A program made the translations under genes and the position numbers. The notes below the pieces were generated by a model that saw only the letters and a list, made by a program, of their open reading frames with translations, was not told where the DNA came from and ran no database searches. A DNA stretch of 64,000 nt from Moniliella sp. 'wahieum' (taxonomy: Eukaryota), in NCBI GenBank assembly GCA_003971905.1, contig RSEE01000003.1, forward strand, positions 682,001-746,000. Direction: 5' to 3'. Of the stretch, positions 51,801-61,827 are shown in pieces; within the stretch, counting starts at the first letter, position 1, and the number at the start of each line of letters is the position of its first letter.

Positions 51801-52720
51801 TCATTCTTCTCCACTTTCTCCTTCTGCTTCTTCGCCTTATGCTTCTTCTCCTCTAGGACCGGGGCTTGGGCCAGGGCCGCGACGACAACGTCCACCATGC
51901 TTCCTACTACGTTGGGCGTACCCCTGGCCCGCCCCTGGCACGCAGTCGCCACACTGCTTCCTCCACCTCCCTCCGGACCATGTTCCGCAGAGGCGCAGGT
52001 CGGTAACCGTATTCCCTACTTAGCTATCAGCATCCTTAATTGCTTCTGTGTCCCCCTCCCCATCCCCTCCCCGTCCCCTCCCACTAATCCTTTTGGTTTC
52101 CCGGTTTTGCGGTTTTGCGGCTTCGCGGTTTCGCGGTGATGGCTTCCTCTCCCTACTTCCCCCCAACTCAAGGCGCTTAGGTTCTGCGCTTCTCATCATA
52201 CCCTCTCCCGCTCGCTATGCTTTTCGTCATCGTCATCGTCATCTCCATCGCTATCGCTATCTTTCCCGCTATCGTTATCGTTATCGGTTTTGGTTTTGGT
52301 TCTGGTTTGGTTTGGGGTTGGAGGTTGCAGTGGTTTGGGCCTTTTGTGGCTGTCGATCTACGCCTCCTCCGACCGCCCCGCAGGCCTCATCGTCATCGAC
52401 CATCCCTCACTCCCTTCGTCCGATTTGCGTTTTGTTTTGCCCTTGCCTTTGCCTTTGGTCTTCCCTTCCCATCCTTTCCCTTCTCCCCTCCCCCCCCCCC
52501 CCCCTTCCCTCACAGCTCCGCTAGACTGATATATCATACCCCTTCGTTTGTACATCTTACTCCGCACGTACCCGCAGGTACCCGCAAAAACTAGCAGACA
52601 CCTGCAGACCGATAGAGGAAAACGCGTGGCCTACGTGGGGGAGGGAGGGCAGTCGGGAAGCTTCATGTGAATGTGTCAGATTGGGGCGCGGAAGGAAAGG
52701 GAGCGAACGTTGTGTGTAAA

Positions 52721-53758
52721 TCAAACTGGGGCACAGAACCGGTTTTGGTTCTTGGCGGTACGCAGGGCGTCAAGGGTCGCCACCTCGGTCGAGGTCTGCA
52801 TCGCAGCTTGCACCTCCTCATCCATCGTGAGCAGAAACGGGTTGTGCTCCCGTTCTTGCGCCATCGTGTACACCCCGGTAAACACACCATGTTCCGGCCT
52901 TGCCGCACGTCCGCTACCAGCGCTTGCACCGCCGGACGAAGCGGGATCACCCCCGACTAAAGGCAACGTTGGAACGCGTGTACTCGTGGCCACAGTACAC
53001 CAAGGTATCCGGTGGCAACGCCGTGAGCGTACGGAGCGAACCAAGCATCTGCTCCGCTGTGCCTTCAAAGAACCGGCCACAGCCCGAGATGAACAACGTG
53101 TCCCCCGTAAACACGGCGCGATGGCCGTCCTTCGTGTCCGTGACAAAGTAACAGATCGAATCTTGCGTGTGACACGGCGTAGCTAGTGGTACCACCTCAA
53201 TCGAGGACCCTTCTTGAAGTCGAAAGGGCGTGCCGGGCGTCATCACCTCGCTCACCGCCTCGACCGAGGTAGAGCCCCCGTAGATCGGCGCATGCGGGTG
53301 CTTTCGCGCCTAGAGGGGGAACGTAACGTAGAGGGAATAGGTAGGTGAGATGGGAGGATCTGTTAGTATAGTCCACCGCAAGCGCAACGAAATGTAAGAA
53401 ATAGACGAGGGACCCAACGTACAAAGTGCCGGTTGCCACCAGCATGGTCGTAGTGGTCTGCCAATCATAAGGAGGAAAAAAGAGGGTTAGAACATGTCAA
53501 CCAAAAGGCCATCCACAAGGTCACCCAAAAGGTTGAGGAGAGTGGAGAGAGAGGGGGGGAAGAAGGGAGCGCATGAGCGTACGTACGGTGTGTCGTAAGG
53601 ATACCCAGAAACTTGTGGACGCCAGCGTGCTTGGCTGCAGTCTCGACCTTGGTCAGGTCGTATGGGTCCACCAGCATTGCCGAGCCGGCGTCCAGGTGAT
53701 CGTCGATGATCAGATACGCATAGTTGTCTTCGCGCACAAGAACAGGCACAACCTTCAT
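52721..53758 (-). CDS. GLO2: Hydroxyacylglutathione hydrolase (glyoxalase II)
   Basis: 'MKVVPVLVREDNYAYLI'. Metallo-beta-lactamase motif 'LTTH|HHYDHAGGN' across intron 53458-53586; second intron ~53310-53421. 'TPCHTQDSICY', 'FTGDTLFISGCGRFFEG', 'YCGHEYT', 'EREHNPF'. Confidence 0.95.
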
Positions 53759-54361
53759 GCTTGTGGATGCCGGGGTGGTGGGTGGTCGGTGGGATGGCAG
53801 CAGGGGCATCGGTTGAGCGTGTTGAGGCTGAACCTCAGCACTTCGACCCAAATTCCACCAATGGAAGGCCCGCTCGCACGGCCCCACACAGGATCCCTGG
53901 GCCTGAAGGATGGTGGGGTCGGTTTGATCGGTGATGATAATCCCAGTGCAGCTCAAGCGACCGAGGGCGATGACCTCATCAGATCCATCAGAGGAATAGT
54001 GCCCCCGTGGGGACGAGCGCGAGGCACTAGTGGGAGATGGGCTGGGCTCGGACGTAAGGCGGGGCTTTGGAGGTTCAATGTTCACATTTCAAGCTGAACC
54101 TTCAAGTTTCAAGCTCCCCAGGCCTGCCTCGATCGGGCACAGCCTGCTTGGGCCGCTGAGGCACGGGCGGCCCCGTGCACATGTGGGTTAGCGCGGTGCT
54201 GCGGCAAGCCCAGGCTGGGGCGCCGTGCCCCACTAGGGTTCACAGGCGCACTGCCACTGCGTCTGCGCTGAACATTTCACTGCGCCCGGCAGGCGGCCCA
54301 GGATGGCCTCTCTTCGCCCCCCAGCTGGAGGCCCGTCCGTCCCCTCTTCCACCAAACCAAC

Positions 54362-54868
54362 ATGGGCCGTGTTCGCACCAAGACGACGAAGCGCGGCGCG
54401 GGTGCTGATTGAGAAGTACTACCCCAAGCTCAACGCCAACGACTTCCACACCAACAAGCGTGTGCTCGACGAGGTGGCCATTGTGCCCTCCAAGCGCCTG
54501 CGCAACAAGATTGCTGGCTTCACCACCCACTTGATGAAGCGCATTGCCAAGGGCCCCGTTCGCGGCATCTCGTTCAAGCTCCAGGAGGAGGAGCGTGAGC
54601 GCAAGGTGCGTCCCCTCCCCCTAATCTTCCACTTCCACAACACCTCCCTTGTGAATATCCGTGTACTGACACCCTTCCCCAGGACCAATACGTCCCTGAG
54701 GTCTCGGCCCTCGACGGAGGCCAACGGCGGTCTCGAGGTCGACCCCGACACCAAGGCCATGCTGGGCGAAATCGGCTTGCCTCGCTCCCCGTTACCGTCG
54801 GTGCGCCCATTACCTCGGCTCAGCCCGAGCGTCGTGGTCGCCACGTGCCGGGTGCCGGTCGTCGCTAA
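54362..54868 (+). CDS. RPS17: 40S ribosomal protein eS17
   Basis: '[22 protein letters not shown]', '[45 protein letters not shown]'. Intron 54606-54682; small indels. Confidence 0.97.
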
Positions 54869-55714
54869 GTCCCCTCTGCTGCTGCACCGCAGCTCTTGTT
54901 GGACCCATGCATTCATGCATCGTGCCAATGCAAAACGAGGTTGTCACCCGCTGATGATCGTCTAGGCCAATCATATGAGTGGATTACTACGATGCGATAT
55001 CTTTTTCCTGTTTAGGTAGAACCTATTGGTTTTTAGGGCAAAGGGTGTGTGTGCGGCGTGCCAAAAAGAAGGATCAAGTTGATTGCCATGCGTGGAAGAG
55101 TGTAGCACAGTGGGAGAAGCCTCCACAACAATGACCAGATTGATCGAATTGTCAAAATAGGATCGGCTTTACTGAAGGCTTGGAGTCCCAGCGCCTCTAA
55201 TTCCCCCTCTTTGTGGCCCACCACATGGCCAGGTGCAGCGTCAAGAAAGCCCGATCGCTGGAGTCTTCCAATTTGGGGCTTGACATCTGGTGTCCGCAGG
55301 CCAGCAGGTACATCTGCTTATTAGTCACTGTTTGAGTCCCCAGTACGCCCGGCCTGTATTCCTGGTCTCTAGCAGAAACTGGATGCGCTGGCCACCACCA
55401 ACCGTGTCCTAAGTACGTCAACTCACACTTGCCAGATTGTGCGCCTTGGTATTTTGCCCTCACAACCCACCTCGGGTCTGATCCAAAGTTCATCAGTTTG
55501 GGGTGTATATCCACATTGCTTCTGACGTTTGCCACTATGGGGAGACCATGTTTACGTGCAAGACCATTGCACTGGTGCTACTGATGTCGGAGCTTTTGTA
55601 GAAGCTGTCCATATTTCCTCCAGTGCATGTCGCTGTGCGTGTTGACAAAATGGGAACCAACTATGAAGTTCTTAAGATGGGCCATTGCACTCGATCTGTC
55701 GCAAACAACAATCA

Positions 55715-55812
55715 GGCAACGTGCCCGAGTGGTTAAGGGGATTGATTCGAACTCCTGTTTAATGACTATCAATTAGGCTTTGCCTGCACAGGTTCGAGTC
55801 CTGTCGTTGTCG
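55715..55812 (+). tRNA. tRNA-Ser(CGA) with 16-nt intron
   Basis: GGCAACG-TG-CCC-GAGTGGTTAA-GGG-G-ATTGA-TT CGA A[55752-55767]A-TCAAT, long variable arm AGGCTTTGCCT, then ACAGG-TTCGAGT-CCTGT-CGTTGTC-G, followed by a T-run. Confidence 0.95.
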
Positions 55813-56926
55813 AATTTTTTCTGCTTATCCTGTTTGTGGGGCCGAAGCTCCCTGACAGTGGCCTAGTGCGATTGGGGCTCTAGGGCTGTGACTACGTGGA
55901 GTTTGCGGCTGGACAGAAGGTTTGGAAAACCAAACGAGACGGCGCTCGTGTCTTGGCTCTCTTCCTTCACCTTTTCGTCTTTCGCCCTTGTCCCCTTCGG
56001 TCCTCCCTTCGTCCTTTGTTAGTGGCTGACGCTTGTGGCTTCACTCCTCAAAGGATTGTTCTGTTCCCTTCATTTCCTCCATAGTGCCTCGTCGGGTCCT
56101 GGGCCCTTTGGCCCACATCAATCCACCGACTTCCAAGGCCTCACCAGGTCTTTGACCGGTTTTTACATACGTTAACCCCGTTCCCACTAAAGGGAATGGT
56201 GTGGGGATAAGACTGCCGAAAGAGACGCGCGTAGAAGGGCCCCTGCCGGTGGGCGTTTTACTGGCTACCGCGGTTACCGGTTACCGGTTATGATGCCTAG
56301 GCTTCCAGGCCTTTAGCTTTATTGAAGCTTGAAGCATGGGTGCATGATGATCGATGATTGAGCGCCTAGTACCTTTATAGTGCTAGCCACGGGAGAGCTC
56401 GCTGAGCGTGACTCAGTTTCCGTAGGGTCCTTCCGTATGTAATGCTATGATGCCGGTGGGGTTACGCGTTGCGGTTACTGGACGACTGCGGGATTGGCAG
56501 GGGCTGAGCCACTGTCCCCTTTATTACCGCGTTACGCGTTTTGCGCGTTAAGGTTGCCCGCCTGGTTGTTGAATGTACGACCAGGGCTTTGCAACGTTTC
56601 TGTTTTACGGCCCCTTGGGCTGGCTGGTGTTATTTCCGCACATCGCCCACACGGAACAGCCACATTTATGCACATCATGCTGTTCTCGGCTCTGCTTCTA
56701 CCCAACGCATCGGTTCCTTCCCTTCCCTGTCCTTGGTATAAGGCCTAAGGCTTAGGCTTAAGATCTAACATCTAACATCTAAAGGGTTTGTACAACGGCG
56801 TTAAGTTCCCGGCATCGCTCTTTTCAAGCTTCATTGATCACCCATGACCATCCGTCGTCATTTCGCCTGTAGACCGATTAAAACCCAAGAGACCTGAATA
56901 GGGGTTACCCAACTACCACCATCGCA

Positions 56927-58466
56927 ATGGCTACGCAACGACGCTGGCTCTGACGCCAGTCGGCGCAGGTGTCTACGCCGCCATCCGCGCCGCCAAAATC
57001 CCCCCGTCATCTCGGACGCACTTTTTGCGGTTGTTGTCCATCTACGCCATCGGTGTACCGAGCATCTTGCTCATACTCCCTTCACTATCGCGCGCAATCT
57101 CTTTGCCTTCACACGCCGTAAGCGCGCTTGGTCCTTCGCCAACGGTGTGACCTTCACCGTTGTTCGTCTGTATGTCCATTTCGTCACTGCCATCGGGTTT
57201 GCGCCGGCCCCAAACTCTGCCACCGGCTGGCTGCAAGGCACAACCTCGTTTCAGTTGGTTGGCAAAGATTGTACAAACATTGACTTTACGAAGTCATGGC
57301 AAGAGCATCTGGGCCAACCGTCAGAACGCGCCTCACCTCCCCCACCTTCATGGCTGCCGCCTTGATGAGGTCTGGGTTTCTCCTCTCCTGCCGATTGGCT
57401 GCGTGGACTGCTAGCGATTCGAGATCCCACACAGGCATTGGAGACGCAACAGTCCGAGTCGCCTTGTACCGCGGCCCTGCAATGTTGGCTCCAGAATTTG
57501 CAAAGCGCAGTACAAAGTGCTACTGGTACCTTTCCAAGCATCGTTCCATTCCCCCTTTGGCAGAGGACGAAAACAAGATTCGTACTACTCCTGTCGTACT
57601 ATATTGTCACGGTGGCGCAGGCATCAACTTTGGCGCCGGCGATACCTTTATGGGGGACGTGTTAGCTTCCAATTTAACCACCATTGCAGATGTCGACGTG
57701 TTTACCGTCGACTATGACTTGGCCCCTTATGCGAAGTATCCCACCATCGCTCAACTTTTCGCTGCGTGGCTATATCTAGTCATTGATATCGGCTACAACC
57801 CGAACCAAATCTTCTTGGAGGCGATTCTTTTGGTTCATTTTCTGTATTGCTTCTCAATCGCTACCTTCGTGACGTGTGGCCCCTTCTCAAGTCACCTACC
57901 TCTGAATCTTTTGCTGCGGCCGACCCATCACGTACAACCGAATGGATTCAAGACCGCGTAGCCAAGTTTACCGCGGCGCTCAGCAGCTTGCCACAAGGAG
58001 AGCCCCTTCCTACCCCTGGGCTTATATTGTTGAGCCCTTGGCTGCACCCCGATGAGAATGATGCAGAGTTCCCGCTAAAACGCATTGCGTTGCGTAATTG
58101 GGATCTGATTCCTGCATCGTTTACCCGTCAAGGTGTGATACAACTCGGACTTGCACGTTCTCGCTTGGCCTCTTTGGGTATCTCGGCTACTTCGCCTTGG
58201 GTTGCGCCCTACTATTTACCCGCAGAGGAGCTAGCTGTCTTACCCCCAATTTGGATGGCAATGGTGGCAGCGAGAGCCTTCTCGAAGAAGGGACTCAGTT
58301 TGCAGATCGCGCTCGTGCTGCGGGTTGCCCCGTTGAACACCATGTTACCGAGCCAGGTATGGTGCACGATTTTTACTGCATCCCAACTGCACTGTCCCAG
58401 ACCAAGATCCACTTCACTCTTCTCAAAGCTTGGATCCAGAACCGTTCGAAAGAAGCTACAGTATAA
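56927..58466 (+). CDS. HSL-family alpha/beta hydrolase (esterase/lipase)
   Basis: 'VVLYCHGGAG', 'VDYDLAP', nucleophile GDSFG (after an indel at ~57820), 'LILLSPW', 'GGSESLLEE', 'GMVHDF'. Start uncertain; several indels. Confidence 0.85.
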
Positions 58467-58639
58467 ATACTCCAGTATAATCTGTTGAAGATGGCTTCAT
58501 GTGAATAATGCCATTACTATATGACCCCGTATAAGAAAAAAAAACGTCATAAGGTCATATATTGATACCGAGAAAGTATTCGCCGCTGTCAGAAAATCAC
58601 CTTAACCACAAGCCATGGGGCGGTGCTGGAAGAACGAGT

Positions 58640-61188
58640 CCAGCCAAGCTCAGCGTGCGCTCATATTGTACCCCTTGCTTGGATTGTGTCTAATGACTGC
58701 GGCTACTTTGTCTGAAATAGTTGATGAACAAATCCACGTACTCCCCGTTGCGTCAGAACGTAGTGTATCCCTTCCGATCTATGCAGCCTGTGGCTCGAGC
58801 CCCTCGCGTATATGGCCAACGTGAGATCCGCGTGCGTTTGCTTTTATCCTACCACACAATTTGAATTGGACTTTGATTGGGTGCAAGTGAGCTCTCAGTT
58901 AAGCACATTAAGCCTCCAGATATCCAGTGAGCGTTAGTTTCCTGATCTCTGCTTCTCGTTTTCTTTGCTGCGAGGCTCTCTCCTAGTGCCTGTCTCGTTC
59001 CTGTGGCCGGGGGCGGAGAGCCTCTGCTCTCTATTTTTAAGCCTTTTCTTGTTGGATGTGACTGTTTCTGTTTCTCCAGGCTTAAAGCGGACAACTGTCC
59101 CTCCTGTGGATCTGTGGTCCTTTTTGAGGTCGACTGATCTCTCCAGTCGCTAGCCTATTCGAGAGGTTTCAATGTCGGGATCAGATCCACACTTATTGGT
59201 CACCGTTTTTCTCACCAAGGTGACTGGCCACCTGACTTGTTCTAGACCCTCTGTTTTCCCCGTTTGACTAGGCTCCCAGTTCTTCCTGCGTGTGACTCAG
59301 CTCGCATGATCTCTTCTTCTGCGAGGCATATATATACCTCGCTCTCGTTCCACTCGATGAATATGATCCTCATACTGTTATTCAAGCTTCACCCTGCCTC
59401 ACGCACAAATGTGTGTTATCGACCGTTGCTATAGTTATCATCGATGAAACGAACGTCATATTAGTCCGCACTACTGTAAAACCTGTCACGGCAGGCGCCG
59501 CCAGAGTGGGCCCCTGCCTAGGGGAGGGCAGGGGTTATAGGGGTATACAATCCCCGAGAGGTCTAAAGGTGCGACTCACGGTATTTATACATGCTTGGGC
59601 TGATTGGTGTGTCCGAGATGAGCCAGGGCCAAGGAGTGGCCTTTCGGAGCATATAGCAGAGGCGTCTGCAGGTGTGACAAGTCTGCGAATGCACCGGCTT
59701 AGGCGCAGTATATAACGTGTTTAATATTAATCTGTTGGTGGCCAAGGGACAGGAAGTGGCAGCAGCTAGAGGACAAATATACTTCCAGACCTGGAGTTAC
59801 TAGGAGTTCAGACGGAGGCGGCGTGGTGGACCCACGTGGCTGGTGGAGCTGATTTCGACATAGCGCGAGGAGAGCACACGCGACTTGGCTGGGTGAGAAG
59901 CTGAGAGACGGGGGATACGGGAGCTGTGGAGGGCGAGGGCGAAGAGTAGCTGGGAGTAAAGTCTCTCTCAAAGAAGAAGCTCTGAAGATTGTGGGACATG
60001 TGAGCCTACTCACGATACCCGATGCTATTCTTGTGGTCTCGGTCTCTATGATATCTATACGTCAAGCAAAATGTGTCTCTTTAGTATAGAATAGAAGACA
60101 TGAAGTACCAGGGACGCACTCAAGCCGTTTCCCCTTGGTTTTGACGACGCGAGGACACTACGGCACCAAGACAGAGCGGGCAAGATGTTTGCCGCAGTGC
60201 CAGGATTTGGCTACGGAGTTCAATGGAAATGGTTCCTCGCTCGGACCATGCCTGCCACGATCATCCGTGTCCACACGCGCTACCTAGGGTACGGGACCGG
60301 ATGGCGAGATCCAGAGGGTCCTGATATCCTGGCGATCTCCTTGGTGCTTCCAAGTACTACGCATGGCACGACGCTTCGGAGCGACACGCTTGCGACTGGG
60401 TTTGGAAGCCTGATCGTTCTCGTACAGTTGCCAAGCACGCCGCACTGCCCTGATATGACGAAAGATTGCCTTCTGCAAGTCCTCAAAGGTGGAGAAGCGA
60501 TGAGACTTGTTATAAAAGACGTAGGCAACATAGAAGTCGGTCGGTGTGAGCAAGATGTTTTTTCGCCGCCATGGTCCTTGCTGTATTCGGTAGTAATGAT
60601 ATCAGCCACAATAGAGTCTTCGTCTGCCACCGCGGAGCCAGAGAGCGGCCAGTTCAGCGGTCCGCTCGATTCCAGCTTCGAATGGTAGGAATGACTTCCA
60701 GGATGAACTTGGCAGCGACGTCCTCGGCAACGTCCGAAAGGACGGCGTTCAGTTCAGCCCAAAAACTACGTGTGCGGTTGATGCGAAAACCGGCCACTGC
60801 GCTGTCTTGCCAGGGCTATCCCGACTTGGGAGTTGGGGTCAAACTCGCCACGACGAACATACGCTTCCACAATGTCGCGAGGCGAGTAAACCGGATGCGC
60901 AGAATGCGCAAAGGCAGAAGATAAGGGGACATAACCTGTTAGAGTGCGACTTGGGAGCACTCGCGATCCTATGGATCAGCTGCAAGCAGCCTTCAGACAA
61001 GGCGTGAAGGCAAATTGGTGAGCCACAAGTCTTCAAGCAACGTCTGAAGGGAAGGAGAAAGGAGAGAGAGAAGGGAGATGGAGCGAGCAGGGCGTGCGCG
61101 GCCTGCGGCGGAACGGTTCCGTCGGCTAGGCGAGCGTCACCGATCCATTGAGAGCCGCGCTGGAGAACTCTAGCAGCACCCTCTAACA
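58640..61188 (-). mobile_element. Decayed Ty1/copia LTR retrotransposon (5' LTR, PBS, gag/protease/integrase relics)
   Basis: LTR 60937-61188 with TGTTAGAG...CTCTAACA ends; PBS-like GGTTATGTCCCC (60925-36). Then, in copia order: knuckle relic 'KSWHCGKH..CP' (~60150-60210), protease 'AHMSHNLQSF' (~59980-60005), 'AHLGHTN' (59603-23), 'YDVRFIDD' (~59437-60), 'VERERG', 'SNG..E'. A further 'LRSD..GEYV' lies at ~58735-58763. Confidence 0.85.
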
Positions 61189-61248
61189 CAGGGAGAGCGA
61201 GTATAGGAGGATCAGATTCGTCAGATACGCGCCCATGGGCACGTCAAT

Positions 61249-61374
61249 GACGTTTCTGACGTTCAAGGTGGTGACGTCGGCGACATAACTGACCTGCAGG
61301 GGGATGACATCGAGGACATATCTGACGTTCAGGGTGGTGACATCGACGACGTCACTGACCTGCAGCGCGCTGAC
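61249..61374 (+). repeat. 33-bp tandem repeat (about 4 units, ABAB) reading DVSDVQGGDVG/DITDLQGDDIE
   Basis: Units start at 61249, 61282, 61315 and 61348. GAC (Asp) codons are conserved at fixed positions. Confidence 0.8.
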
Positions 61375-61637
61375 AGAATTGCCTCACCCACGGCAAATTA
61401 CTCTGACATTTTAAAGGTATCTCTTAAACATAAATGATGTCTTTTGGTCATCCGCTGTGTAACTCTCGCGTGATCAACGGTTCGGCCCGGTTAGACGTAG
61501 CATTTCCCCTGTCCCGCCTTAACCTCTGTCAATGATATGGACGCGGTCTAGGATTCAGCTCAAATTACTTCTCATGCAGTCTGGATTGATCGCCGAACAT
61601 CCTGGTATTATTGCTGATAATCGATAACCCAGGTCCC

Positions 61638-61827
61638 TGTCACGGGGTGGGCCACACCAGGGCACGACCAGGGTTTGGGTGTACGATTCCTTAGGAGACA
61701 GGAGGTCACTGATTGAATAAAGGGAAGATCATATGCTATACATAGCTCCATCCGTGGTGCCCCCTTGCAACACTTCTACTCGATGGAACCCTATGTTAAA
61801 ATCACTGGGTCCTCTCATTGTGTGACA
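61638..61827. mobile_element. Candidate LTR relic (third family)
   Basis: TGTCAC...GTGACA inverted termini, 190 bp, internal AATAAA. No TSD or PBS seen. Confidence 0.3.

Noticed and set aside
712..54868. Calling the frameshifted housekeeping genes pseudogenes
   Set aside because: Essential genes with intact motifs and indel-only damage; assembly error is far more likely.
55033..55710. Short ORFs upstream of tRNA-Ser as a tRNA-targeted element
   Set aside because: No LTR ends, TSD or retroelement motifs found.
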